From the NCBI RefSeq assembly GCF_018687975.1, contig NZ_CP061310.1, positions 1,493,584 to 1,525,583 on the forward strand: a stretch of DNA of 32,000 nt, written 5' to 3'. Shown here piece by piece: positions 7,726 through 16,459 of this stretch (position 1 is its first letter; each line of letters starts with the position of its first letter). The notes beneath the pieces are model-generated. The model worked only from the letters and a program-made list of their open reading frames with translations, made no database searches and was not told where the DNA came from. The stretch comes from Polynucleobacter sp. es-EL-1 (GTDB taxonomy: Bacteria > Pseudomonadota > Gammaproteobacteria > Burkholderiales > Burkholderiaceae). Position numbers and translations under genes: made by a program.

Positions 7726-10700
7726 TTAAAATACTTCGTTAGTTTTCATATTGCTCAAGGCTATTTCAGATGCTTTTTTCCCGTAAAGCCAAAACATGGC
7801 TGGCGTTAAAAAAGTATCCAATAAGGTAGAACTGAGGAGCCCGGAGAAAATAACAACTGCTACTGGATGCAATATCTCTGTACCAGGACGCTCTGCTTCA
7901 AATAACAATGGCGCCAAGGCAAAAGCTGTGACCAAAGCTGTCATTAGTACAGGACTTAAGCGCTCAATTGATCCGCGAATAATCATTGCCAGGCTAAACG
8001 ATTCACCCTCTGACTGCATCAAATTCAGGTAATGACTAATTTTTAAGATTCCGTTACGCACAGATATTCCTGCTAGCGTGATAAATCCTATTAATGCAGC
8101 AATCGAGAGTGGCTGGCCTGAAATCCATAAACCAATCACTGCTCCGACCATAGCCAATGGAATGTTAGACATAATCATTAAAGATAAGCGTATGGACTTA
8201 TAGCGATTATTTAAAACCGCAAACATCAAAAGAAATGATCCAATTGATAGCAAACCAATTACTTTAGATGCCTCTTCTTGCGCTTTAAATTGGCCATCTA
8301 GAGTAATGAAGTACCCCTCTGGAAGAGTCTGATTAGAGATCACAGTTCTAATATCAGCCACGATATCTGACAAGGCACGCTTGGAGGCATTAGCCGATAA
8401 GACAATTCTTCGCTTACCGCCGTCTCTGCTAATTTGATTTGGGCCATCCCCATCCTCAATGCTGGCAATTTTTGAGAGTGGGATTTTTCCATTTGGCGTA
8501 TCAATCAAGATATCAGCAAGACCTTCTAAATTTCTTGCTGAGTCTGGTAGCTTGATCACTAAGGCAAACCGTCGATTACCCTCAATAATTTGCGAGAGTC
8601 TCTCCCCCTCAACCATGCCCTGCAAGGTGGCCATAATCTGAGAAGTTGAAACTCCGTATTGCGCTGCTTTATCGTAATCAATTCGCACCTTAATTTGTGG
8701 TGCTAAAACCTGCTTTTCTATTTCTAAATCAACTAAGCCTTCAATGCCCGCTAATTTGGATCTCAAAAGATCGGCTTGGCTACGCAGCACGTCTAAATCA
8801 TCTCCAAAAATCTTAATCGCAATTTGTGACCGAACTCCTGAAAGCATGTGATCTATTCGATGTGAGATTGGCTGACCGATTGCAATTGCAGCGGGTAAGT
8901 TAACTAATCTTGACCTAATATCTGCCTGTATCTCAGACATGGAGCGATCTAAATCTCCCGCAGGCTTTAAACCAACATCTAACTCACTCACATGTACACC
9001 TTCTGCATGCTCATCCAATTCTGCGCGGCCACTCCTGCGTCCAACATAAGTCACTTCAGGAACCTGCCTGACTAACTTTTCTGCTTGGCTGGCTAGGCCT
9101 GCCGATTCAGAGAGTGAGACACCAGGATTTAAACGCAGCCCGATCAGTAAAGTCCCTTCGTTAAAGGGCGGTAAAAATGAGCTCGCCATAAAGGGAACAC
9201 TGGCAGCAGCTACGATGACGGATGCAAAAGCATACATCAGAGGCTTTTTAGGCGCCGCTAACAACCTTGATAACTGAAACTCATAATGGCTTTTAAGCCA
9301 AGTGACAATCTTTGTATCGTGATCCCTCAGGGACTGCATTGAGGGCAGCAGATAAAAGCAGAGTACTGGTGTGATAGTCACTGAAACTAAAAGTGATGCA
9401 AGAGTAGAGACTATAAATGCAATACCCAAAGGCACAAATAGTCGCCCCTCTATACCTGGTAATGCAAATAATGGGATGAATACCAAAACGATGATGGCTG
9501 TAGCGTAGATAATGCCGGTCCTTACCTCAAGCGAGGCGGCTCTCACAATCGCTAGTGGACTTAATTGATCTAAAGATGCTTTATCTAGATTTGCTCTAAG
9601 GCGACGAATCACGTTTTCCACATCAACTACTGCATCATCAACTAGGCCGCCGATTGCAATGGCTAAGCCTCCTAAGGTCATCGTATTAATTGATAAACCA
9701 AAGTACTTAAAAACCAGGGCAGTTAAGAGAATTGAAACTGGAATTGCTGTTAATGAGATGAGGACCGGGCGAATTGTTCCTAAAAAGAAATACAGCACTA
9801 CAGCAACAAAGATTGATGCGCCGATGAGCTTACCCTCTAAAGTGCTAATGGATGCATCAATAAAGCTCGCCTGCCTAAATGTTACTTTTGGAGCTTCCAT
9901 GCCAGTTGGCAAGCCCTGCTTTAATTCTGCAATAGCTGATTCAATCTTTTTTGTTAGCACTACCGTATCTGCTGAAGGTTGTTTTTGTACACCTAGAATG
10001 ACTGCTGGCCCACCTTCATAACCGGCATCACCTCGCTTAACTGCTGGTGCAAAAGTAATATCTGCAACTTGTCTTAAAAGTATTGTTTGTCCATTGCGGT
10101 TCGATACGGCAATGTTCTTTAAATCTTCAAGGCTAGAAGTTCGCCCTATATGACGAATGAGATACTCACGATTATTAGACTCAAGAAATCCACCAGACGT
10201 ATTTGCAGAGTAGCCCCGCAATGCATCTTCAATCTGCAATATGCTAAGGCCTAGCTCCGCCATACGACGAGTATTAGGTTGTACTTGAAACTGCCTAACT
10301 TGCCCGCCAATAGGAATGACTTGCGCTACCCCGGGGATAGCCATCAATCTGGGTCGCAAAACCCAATCAGCATACTCGCGAACCTGCATGGATGAAATCT
10401 TAGATTCATCAATCGGAATGGCAATTTGCATGATCTCACCCATGATTGAACTAATGGGCCCCATGCGCGAAACAATGCCATCCGGAATTGCTCCGTCCAT
10501 AGATGAGAGTCTTTCTGAAACCATTTGCCTAGCGCGATAGATGTCTACAGACCAGTCAAAAGTAACGTATATGAAAGAAAGGCCAGCACTAGATACTGAG
10601 CGAATGGCTTCTACTCCCGGTAAACCATTCATAGCGGTTTCGAGTGGGAATGTAATGAGTTGTTCAACTTCTTCTGAAGCCATTCCGCCAGCCTCAGTCA

Positions 10701-10848
10701 TGATGGTGACAGTAGGCTTATTCAGATCGGGAAAGACATCCACAGGCATCTTGCTTAAGGTGTAAGCACCATAGACCATAGATATAGCACTGAGCAAAAT
10801 CACTATCATGCGATTTTTTAAGCTGAAATCTAATAACCAAGTAAACAT
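7726..10848 (-). CDS. heavy-metal efflux RND transporter, CzcA/CusA family
   Basis: 1040-aa ORF with a 12-TM RND layout, two large periplasmic loops and the TM4 motif GGLAIAIGGLVDDAVVDVENV, typical of HME-RND pumps. It is flanked by adaptor and outer-membrane factor genes. Confidence 0.9.
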   Translation of the reverse strand: MFTWLLDFSLKNRMIVILLSAISMVYGAYTLSKMPVDVFPDLNKPTVTIMTEAGGMASEEVEQLITFPLETAMNGLPGVEAIRSVSSAGLSFIYVTFDWSVDIYRARQMVSERLSSMDGAIPDGIVSRMGPISSIMGEIMQIAIPIDESKISSMQVREYADWVLRPRLMAIPGVAQVIPIGGQVRQFQVQPNTRRMAELGLSILQIEDALRGYSANTSGGFLESNNREYLIRHIGRTSSLEDLKNIAVSNRNGQTILLRQVADITFAPAVKRGDAGYEGGPAVILGVQKQPSADTVVLTKKIESAIAELKQGLPTGMEAPKVTFRQASFIDASISTLEGKLIGASIFVAVVLYFFLGTIRPVLISLTAIPVSILLTALVFKYFGLSINTMTLGGLAIAIGGLVDDAVVDVENVIRRLRANLDKASLDQLSPLAIVRAASLEVRTGIIYATAIIVLVFIPLFALPGIEGRLFVPLGIAFIVSTLASLLVSVTITPVLCFYLLPSMQSLRDHDTKIVTWLKSHYEFQLSRLLAAPKKPLMYAFASVIVAAASVPFMASSFLPPFNEGTLLIGLRLNPGVSLSESAGLASQAEKLVRQVPEVTYVGRRSGRAELDEHAEGVHVSELDVGLKPAGDLDRSMSEIQADIRSRLVNLPAAIAIGQPISHRIDHMLSGVRSQIAIKIFGDDLDVLRSQADLLRSKLAGIEGLVDLEIEKQVLAPQIKVRIDYDKAAQYGVSTSQIMATLQGMVEGERLSQIIEGNRRFALVIKLPDSARNLEGLADILIDTPNGKIPLSKIASIEDGDGPNQISRDGGKRRIVLSANASKRALSDIVADIRTVISNQTLPEGYFITLDGQFKAQEEASKVIGLLSIGSFLLMFAVLNNRYKSIRLSLMIMSNIPLAMVGAVIGLWISGQPLSIAALIGFITLAGISVRNGILKISHYLNLMQSEGESFSLAMIIRGSIERLSPVLMTALVTAFALAPLLFEAERPGTEILHPVAVVIFSGLLSSTLLDTFLTPAMFWLYGKKASEIALSNMKTNEVF

Positions 10849-10858
10849 GTCTTAGTCC

Positions 10859-11899
10859 TTAACGAATTTGATTGATGAGGGATGCCCCATCAGTAATGAC
10901 TCGTTCACCATCTTTAATACCGCTAGTGATAACAATGTTCTGACCATCTAAAGGCTCATATATAACTGTTCTGGGCTCAAATATTTCTGGGGACTTTTTA
11001 ATCCAGACAATTGTTTGGTTCGAGCTGCTTTTGACTAATGATTTTGAGGGCGCCTTTACTCCAGTGACCTTGCTATCGGTATTTACAAATACTCGAATGG
11101 GCTGACCTATGGGTAAAAATTGGAGATCATCCGATTTAGCAGAAAAAGTAAGAGGCAAGGCTTGCTCTCTGAGGGTCTGTCCACCACCGAGATACTTGAG
11201 CTCAATCACTTTGCCATTAACATCCACTTTGCCATCAGCAATGTTCTTACTCAGATTTGAGTCGTAGGCAAGCGCTTCTATTAATAGCTTGGATGGATTA
11301 ACAACCTCAAAGATTAGATCTCTTGCTTGTACTACTTGGCCAGACACGACACCCGTAGTAGAAATAATTCCGCTGACTGGGGCTCTTAATTCTTCATTAG
11401 CAACCGCGGCTTCTGCCTCTTCAATAGTCTTACGTGGAACCGTATCGCTAAGATCTCGCAAACGCTTTAGTCGACTTTCCGCAAGTGATCTTGATTTTCC
11501 TGGGCCAGCCTCTGGCGTTACATACGCCAAGACATCGCCTTTACTAATCTTCTGTCCGGGCAATGGAAAACCAGCTGGTCCCGGCGTAATACGGCCAGCA
11601 ACAATCGCTTGCACCTTACCGCCAAAGTTAGGATCCATGATGACTTTTCCAGCTAAATCATAGGTTTTGGCATATTCGCCGAACTGGCCAGGAGTTGTCA
11701 TCACGTGTAACTGGCGTTGCGCAGGCTTGGGAATAAAAAGACTGCCGTCCGACTGTCTTTTCGGAGCGTCGCCTTGAACTTGGGATACTTCCGACTCACC
11801 ATGACCCGGCCCAGCATGAACCTTAAAAGCAAATAGCGCCACAGATAAACCAATAAGGATAAAGGGGCGAAATACAAAATCTCTATGTTTGCGATTCAT
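10859..11899 (-). CDS. efflux RND periplasmic adaptor subunit (CzcB/CusB-like)
   Basis: I chose the start at the ATG at 11899-11897 (MNRKHRDFVF...). It forms an ATGA overlap with the stop of the upstream gene. It has a TM/signal segment followed by HAGPGHGESEV, and lipoyl motifs (ISKGDVLAYV ... LRAPVSGIIS). Confidence 0.8.
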   Translation of the reverse strand: MNRKHRDFVFRPFILIGLSVALFAFKVHAGPGHGESEVSQVQGDAPKRQSDGSLFIPKPAQRQLHVMTTPGQFGEYAKTYDLAGKVIMDPNFGGKVQAIVAGRITPGPAGFPLPGQKISKGDVLAYVTPEAGPGKSRSLAESRLKRLRDLSDTVPRKTIEEAEAAVANEELRAPVSGIISTTGVVSGQVVQARDLIFEVVNPSKLLIEALAYDSNLSKNIADGKVDVNGKVIELKYLGGGQTLREQALPLTFSAKSDDLQFLPIGQPIRVFVNTDSKVTGVKAPSKSLVKSSSNQTIVWIKKSPEIFEPRTVIYEPLDGQNIVITSGIKDGERVITDGASLINQIR

Positions 11900-12465
11900 A
11901 CCCGCTCCTTGATTTGTTTGATTAATTTTTTTGCATGCGTCATCAACACCTCTTTCTTGCGATAAGAAAAATAGGCAATTGCCATCAAGAGGCTGAAATA
12001 AAGCAAGATTTTTATTGCTGATTTCCAAGAGATCAATGAGGAGTGCTCAAAGGAACTTAGATCGATAGTGGCTGCTAGTATGTCGGTAACATCATCATTA
12101 ATCGTGATGGTGATCGCAGTAGGCTGATCCTTAATTTTATTTTTTAGGCGAAAGAGATACTCTCCATCACCATGAGGCTCTGAACTAATTTTAGAGCCCT
12201 CAAGCTCAATTTCAACCTTAGCTCCTTTGACCAATTCATTGGAGGAGTAGCGATCTAGGTAGAGCGTGATTTCCTTACCATTGATCACTCCTACCGCCTC
12301 ATAGAGATCAGATTCAGCATAAAAGCGAGGTGATGTTTGAGTTTGTGCAGTGGTGGGTTTTTCCTCCCCATGACCAGGGCCTGCATAAGCTGCCGATGCA
12401 ATTGTCAGAGATAGCGCAATTAATAGTTTTGACGCCAACTGACTATATTTGTTCAATAAATTCAT
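11896..12465 (-). CDS. membrane-anchored periplasmic protein of the metal-efflux operon (unknown function)
   Basis: I chose the start at MNLLNKYSQ (12465), just after the OMF stop at 12479. The signal peptide ends AAYA and the mature N-terminus is GPGHGEEKP. It has a C-terminal TM helix (ILLYFSLLMAIAYFSY). Its stop overlaps the adaptor start. Confidence 0.6.
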   Translation of the reverse strand: MNLLNKYSQLASKLLIALSLTIASAAYAGPGHGEEKPTTAQTQTSPRFYAESDLYEAVGVINGKEITLYLDRYSSNELVKGAKVEIELEGSKISSEPHGDGEYLFRLKNKIKDQPTAITITINDDVTDILAATIDLSSFEHSSLISWKSAIKILLYFSLLMAIAYFSYRKKEVLMTHAKKLIKQIKERV

Positions 12466-12478
12466 AGTTAAAGTGACC

Positions 12479-13762
12479 TTACTCTGGTAACAGGCCAAGG
12501 GCCTGTCGTAAATTTGAAACTGAGACTGCGTAATTGATTTTTGCAATCGCAGCCTGTCTATTTGCATCCACTGCTTCTAGCTCAATACGTAGTCTTGTGG
12601 GCAAATCGGTTTCACCAAAGCGAAATGATTTGTCAAAAAATTGACGTGTTTCATTGGCTAGGTTAGACCTCTTATCTGCAGCGCCAAGCTTCATTTTTGC
12701 CGACTTCACCAAAGCCACATTTGATTCCACATTACTTAATGCAGACTCTCGCTCATAGGACAATCGAACCTCTGAATCGACCATCTCAGCTGTAGCGCTG
12801 GCCAATCTATTGGTATTGCGAGCATCAGAGCCAAAAGGAATTCTTAATCCAACAGCAACTGATTGCTGATAGGGAACGCCATAGACTTCACGGCCCTTAG
12901 TAGTCCATACTTGCAATTGTGGGGATGCCCGAGTTTGAGACTTTGCTAAGTCAACCGCTTTTTTAGCAACCTCTAACTGGTCTACAAGTGCTGCAACGAT
13001 TGGCAAACTAGAATCTAGTCCTGACAGGTTTTCAGGAACCTTGGGTAACGGTTCAATATTTTTAGCAATGTCACCGAATTGAATTTTCTTGAGATACTCA
13101 CTTCCCAATAAAGAACGCACCCTTTGCTCAGCATTAATGACGTTGGCCTGCGCTTCGACCAAAAAAGCTTCTGATGATGCGAGAGCCCCATTAGCCTGAT
13201 GAAGATCTGCGCGAGATAAGTCTCCAGCCTTAAATCTCTTTTCAACATCAAGAGCTAAGCTCTTTGCATTCTCATTTCTGCGTAGCGCTAAATCAGACTC
13301 AATTTTTGATTTCTGGTAATTCCAATAGGCATCCCTTACTTCGGCCGCAACTCTCAATTGGGATAGATAGTATTGAGACAAAAGCTTTTTATATTCTGCA
13401 TCCGCTAAATTAATTGAGCTTGACCGCTCATTCCATAACCAAAGGGGGATATCTAAACCCAGTATGGTTTCACTAGCGCCTTGATTACTGTTAGTTCTAT
13501 CGGTCTTTTGCGACACTTCCACCGAAGCTGGGCTTACCAAAAGGCTGCTAGCAATTTTTTGCTTAGCAAGCGCGGCCTCTACTCGATACTGATAGGACTT
13601 ATAGTCAGGTTGGCGCTCCCATGAAGATTCATAGAAGGACTTTAAGGCCGACTCGGCTTTGCGCTCGCCATTAGCCAGCGCTATTGGCGACCCCAATATA
13701 AAAACCAATCCAGTAAATTGAATGACGCAGCGACGAACTACGCCCGAATACTCTCGCAACAT
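12479..13762 (-). CDS. TolC-family outer-membrane efflux protein (CzcC/CusC-like)
   Basis: 427-aa ORF with a signal-like N-terminus and two repeated OEP-type coiled halves. It sits in the first position of the OMF-adaptor-RND cluster. Confidence 0.8.
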   Translation of the reverse strand: MLREYSGVVRRCVIQFTGLVFILGSPIALANGERKAESALKSFYESSWERQPDYKSYQYRVEAALAKQKIASSLLVSPASVEVSQKTDRTNSNQGASETILGLDIPLWLWNERSSSINLADAEYKKLLSQYYLSQLRVAAEVRDAYWNYQKSKIESDLALRRNENAKSLALDVEKRFKAGDLSRADLHQANGALASSEAFLVEAQANVINAEQRVRSLLGSEYLKKIQFGDIAKNIEPLPKVPENLSGLDSSLPIVAALVDQLEVAKKAVDLAKSQTRASPQLQVWTTKGREVYGVPYQQSVAVGLRIPFGSDARNTNRLASATAEMVDSEVRLSYERESALSNVESNVALVKSAKMKLGAADKRSNLANETRQFFDKSFRFGETDLPTRLRIELEAVDANRQAAIAKINYAVSVSNLRQALGLLPE

Positions 13763-13832
13763 AAAAACTCCATTTGTTTGTTCAAAACAGAGTTAGCGAG
13801 AGAAGAAGAATTAGGTTAAGGCTCTCGCTAAC

Positions 13833-14168
13833 TTAGGCGAGAGCGAGCCAATTGGGTTTTTCAGGAGGGGGAGGAGAAATATTGACTAAAAACTCCACTC
13901 GAGCATCTTCATAATGAAAGATGGTAGTGGCAATTGAAATGGTAAAAGTGGAATGTAATGCTGGAGAATGCGCCAAATGACAGACCCCACAATCAGAATC
14001 GTAGCTTGCAGAATCGCTAGCTGAGGCAATACTGACTGGCTTCTCATGCTCGTGATGTGAAACATGAGAAGCTGCTGCCTGCTCTTCTTGGCAGTAAGCA
14101 GAAACCGTAGCATAGGAGGTTTGTATCGATAAAGCTAGCAGGGCCAGAATTATCAGGATTTTTCTCAT
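13833..14168 (-). CDS. small secreted His/Cys-rich protein (CzcI-like position; putative metal-binding or regulatory)
   Basis: 111-aa ORF with signal peptide MRKILIILALLALSIQTSYA, then SHVSHHEHEKP and CGVCHLAH. First gene of the efflux cluster. Confidence 0.45.
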   Translation of the reverse strand: MRKILIILALLALSIQTSYATVSAYCQEEQAAASHVSHHEHEKPVSIASASDSASYDSDCGVCHLAHSPALHSTFTISIATTIFHYEDARVEFLVNISPPPPEKPNWLALA

Positions 14169-14304
14169 GTTTCTATTACAGCATATTTCTTAGTATTTTG
14201 CATTATGAGCTTTCTCAAAACGCTTAATGGATTAGCTTTGGATAAAGATGTTACCAACAGCTCATACCAGTAAAACACCTACGCAGGACGATTTTAGTGT
14301 TTCT

Positions 14305-14324
14305 TGGCGGTCCGGGGCGGAATC
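14305..14324 (-). repeat. tRNA-Phe 3'-terminal fragment, copy C (degenerate)
   Basis: tggcggtccggggcggaatc matches copies A and B at 18 of 20 positions and is preceded by the same ttct. Confidence 0.55.
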
Positions 14325-14391
14325 AAAAAAGGGCTTAGGATATCTGACTCTGCTTTAGACTATTCCACAACTATTTCTTCCTAAGGCTCAA

Positions 14392-14742
14392 ATGGCTTGG
14401 ATCATTACCAAATACTTACTCACTGCAGGAATGGTTGTATTCATTTCTGAGATAGCTAAGCGGAGCGATAGGTTAGGTGGCTTTATAGCAGCTCTGCCAC
14501 TGATGACTTTACTAACACTTACTTGGCTATATATTGAAAACCAATCTGAAGAGAAGATAGCAAACCATGCCTATTACACCTTTTGGTATGTAATACCTAC
14601 CTTACCAATGTTCTTACTGTTTCCATACCTACTTCCAAAGCTAGGCTTCTGGATGACCATGGCCACGTGTGTAGTAGCGGCAGTTATCTGTTTTGGCTTA
14701 TTTTCCTTAGTGATGAAAAGCGTTGGGATTGAGCTGCTGTAG
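14392..14742 (+). CDS. DUF3147-like small integral membrane protein
   Basis: 116-aa ORF with four predicted TM helices. The N-terminal pattern (KYLLTAGMVVFISEIAKRSDRLGGFIAALPL) is as I recall for DUF3147. Confidence 0.55.
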   Translation: MAWIITKYLLTAGMVVFISEIAKRSDRLGGFIAALPLMTLLTLTWLYIENQSEEKIANHAYYTFWYVIPTLPMFLLFPYLLPKLGFWMTMATCVVAAVICFGLFSLVMKSVGIELL

Positions 14743-14892
14743 AAAATGTGCAGTAATTGCCTACACACTTTCTAGCATCCCCAACCGTTACTTAAAGTAA
14801 CGCCTACAACTCCAAACCCAACCTTTAGTCTCAAAAGCTAGCTTTTTGTGACGTTTAGGTCTAGTTTAGGTTCTCTGGTTATGAGAGCAGAT
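14742..14892 (+). repeat. ~150-bp direct repeat, right copy (R), containing palindrome 3
   Basis: Aligns with 6857-7007 and starts at the last base of the DUF3147-like stop codon. Confidence 0.8.
14786..14802. repeat. island palindrome copy 3 (17-nt core cgttacttaaagtaacg)
   Basis: Same core as copies 1, 2, 5 and 6, but the outer two positions are mutated. Confidence 0.9.
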
Positions 14893-14963
14893 GACATTGG
14901 AGTAATGGTCATCACCCCCCCCTTTTTTTTACAGTACGATGTATTCGCTAAAATGCATAACAT

Positions 14964-15176
14964 ATGAATATCCAAATATTAAAGGGCTTTAATGCCCGCA
15001 AACGATTAAGCGATGGAGCTGATGACGGCTTCACGCCGCTAGTTGTCGGTACTTATAAAGCTAAATCCACAGGAGATGGCTATTTGGCTATTGAAAAGAG
15101 TAATGGCACCCTTGTCTATATCACCCTTCAAACACTAGAAGAAAAAATTGCTAGCAAAGATTTACTCCTAGGATAG
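14964..15176 (+). CDS. hypothetical protein (70 aa)
   Basis: ORF only, with no recognisable motif. It is preceded by a C8T8 tract and followed by hairpin copy 4. Confidence 0.4.
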   Translation: MNIQILKGFNARKRLSDGADDGFTPLVVGTYKAKSTGDGYLAIEKSNGTLVYITLQTLEEKIASKDLLLG

Positions 15177-15231
15177 ATAGGGCAAGGATATAAGGAGCAG
15201 ACAACTTTGATAGCCTATGCCCCCCCCGAAA

Positions 15232-15258
15232 GCAACCGTTACTTTACGTAACGGTTGC
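15232..15258. repeat. palindrome variant copy 4 (gcaaccgttac-tttac-gtaacggttgc), possibly a bidirectional terminator
   Basis: 11-bp perfect stem that shares cgttac/gtaacg with the 21-nt palindrome. It lies between convergent ORFs and is preceded by a C8 run. Confidence 0.7.
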
Positions 15259-15277
15259 AATTCACAGAGGCTACCTC

Positions 15278-15586
15278 CTAGCCTAGCACCTTAGGTGTGT
15301 ATTTTGCTAGCTGCGACTCAAAGTCCCACTTGATGAAATCAGCATCTTTAAATGTACCGATCACCATTCCCGAGCTAGTGACTTTCCACCCAGCACTGGT
15401 TTTAGTGATTTCAAATTCATAGTCGCCATGCCGATCTGTATACCTAGCGCGGTAATGCTGAGGCGTATCAATCAGCACCTCAGGCGAAAGATGCTCAAAC
15501 TGCAAAATAACGCTTTTGTGTTTCTTTAATGCATTAATTACTTGATTAACATCGTTTTTAAGTGCGGCATTAAAAGCTAAGTTCAT
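15278..15586 (-). CDS. hypothetical protein (102 aa), third gene of an uncharacterised operon
   Basis: ORF 12 nt downstream of the 266-aa ORF on the same strand. Confidence 0.55.
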   Translation of the reverse strand: MNLAFNAALKNDVNQVINALKKHKSVILQFEHLSPEVLIDTPQHYRARYTDRHGDYEFEITKTSAGWKVTSSGMVIGTFKDADFIKWDFESQLAKYTPKVLG

Positions 15587-15598
15587 GATATTTCCTTT

Positions 15599-16399
15599 TT
15601 AGATTACAGCGGCTTCATTAACGAGCTCAATCTGCTCTACGGTACGACCACCTTGATTGAGTTTTTCTCGCTCTTCATTTGCCTTAATTCGCATTTTGGC
15701 AATGGCTTCTCGGGCTTTATCCATGTCTTTACATAGATAAGCACTTAATTTTTTAAGCGCATAGTTTTCGAGCTCGACTTCAGCCGGCAACTTACAGACG
15801 ACGTTGTAGTGCCCATTACTAACAGTACACACCACATACTCAAATTCGCAGTTGTCGTTATTAATTCCATCGAACTGATTTGGCGCAGCAAACTTTGCAA
15901 ATGGAAAGTAGCCACGCGACTGCAAATAAGTACGCGTAAGCTCTAAACGCTCATCTTCAATCTGTTGCTGCTCGTCTACCTTCTCATCATCTACCCCAGC
16001 AAGACGCATTTTTTCTAAGCCGCCTGCCTCAATAATTACTTGCGGCAATTCGGCTGCCTTAAAATGGCACGCCATAGCAGTCTCGATCGCCCTGGTGTAG
16101 ACGTGCGCCGTTTTACGATCAGCTCTCGTAATGTATTTGACAAGTAAGGCAACATCGCTGGTATTTTCTTGCACCTTAATGTTTGCCTCTTTAAGTCTAT
16201 ACCGTAGGTTAAAAAATAGATCCTCCTTATCTGGACTTGCTTCAAACTGCTGAGCCAATTCCATTATTTTTGACAATAGCTCATAGAGCTTTCGTCTACC
16301 AGTCACTATGTATTGGTCATTAAATAGATCATGTTCCATGGCCAACTCTTCAGCCTTACTAATAAGTGATTTATTCACTACTAATTCATTTTTTTTCAT
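15599..16399 (-). CDS. hypothetical protein (266 aa), helical N-terminal half and acidic linker
   Basis: Long ORF with no NTPase, nuclease or HTH motif that I can recognise. Confidence 0.6.
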   Translation of the reverse strand: MKKNELVVNKSLISKAEELAMEHDLFNDQYIVTGRRKLYELLSKIMELAQQFEASPDKEDLFFNLRYRLKEANIKVQENTSDVALLVKYITRADRKTAHVYTRAIETAMACHFKAAELPQVIIEAGGLEKMRLAGVDDEKVDEQQQIEDERLELTRTYLQSRGYFPFAKFAAPNQFDGINNDNCEFEYVVCTVSNGHYNVVCKLPAEVELENYALKKLSAYLCKDMDKAREAIAKMRIKANEEREKLNQGGRTVEQIELVNEAAVI

Positions 16400-16459
16400 T
16401 TTTTGTTTCCTTATTTGGTTTTCTTATGCAGCGCCAATAGCGGCGCTGCTTTTTTACAA

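Noticed and set aside
7796-10765. Several 60-120-aa plus-strand ORFs inside the RND pump gene (7796-8032, 8459-8641, 9659-10021, 10316-10540, 10541-10765)
   Set aside because: They are antisense shadow frames within a 1040-aa gene that has clear family motifs. The same reasoning applies to 653-1576 (+), 1705-1932 (+), 2120-2308 (-), 11289-11663 (+), 13015-13251 (-), 13886-14113 (-), 25239-25487 (+), 27384-27668 (+), 29211-29693, 16036-16245 (-), 17435-17887 (-), 18067-18315 (+), 18570-18893 (+), 21651-21947 (-) and 22835-23026 (+).
10859-12567. Long N-terminal extensions in the ORF track (389-aa adaptor starting at 12028, and a 223-aa ORF starting at 12567)
   Set aside because: The extensions would overlap the upstream genes by 100-130 nt and encode non-signal-like sequence. 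The internal ATGs at 11899 and 12465 give proper signal peptides and tight operon spacing, including an ATGA overlap.
6097-14351. Shared 10-mer atctgactct near tRNA-Phe fragments A and C as an extended att homology
   Set aside because: Only 10 nt match. Many such chance matches are expected in 32 kb, and the flanking sequence does not align.
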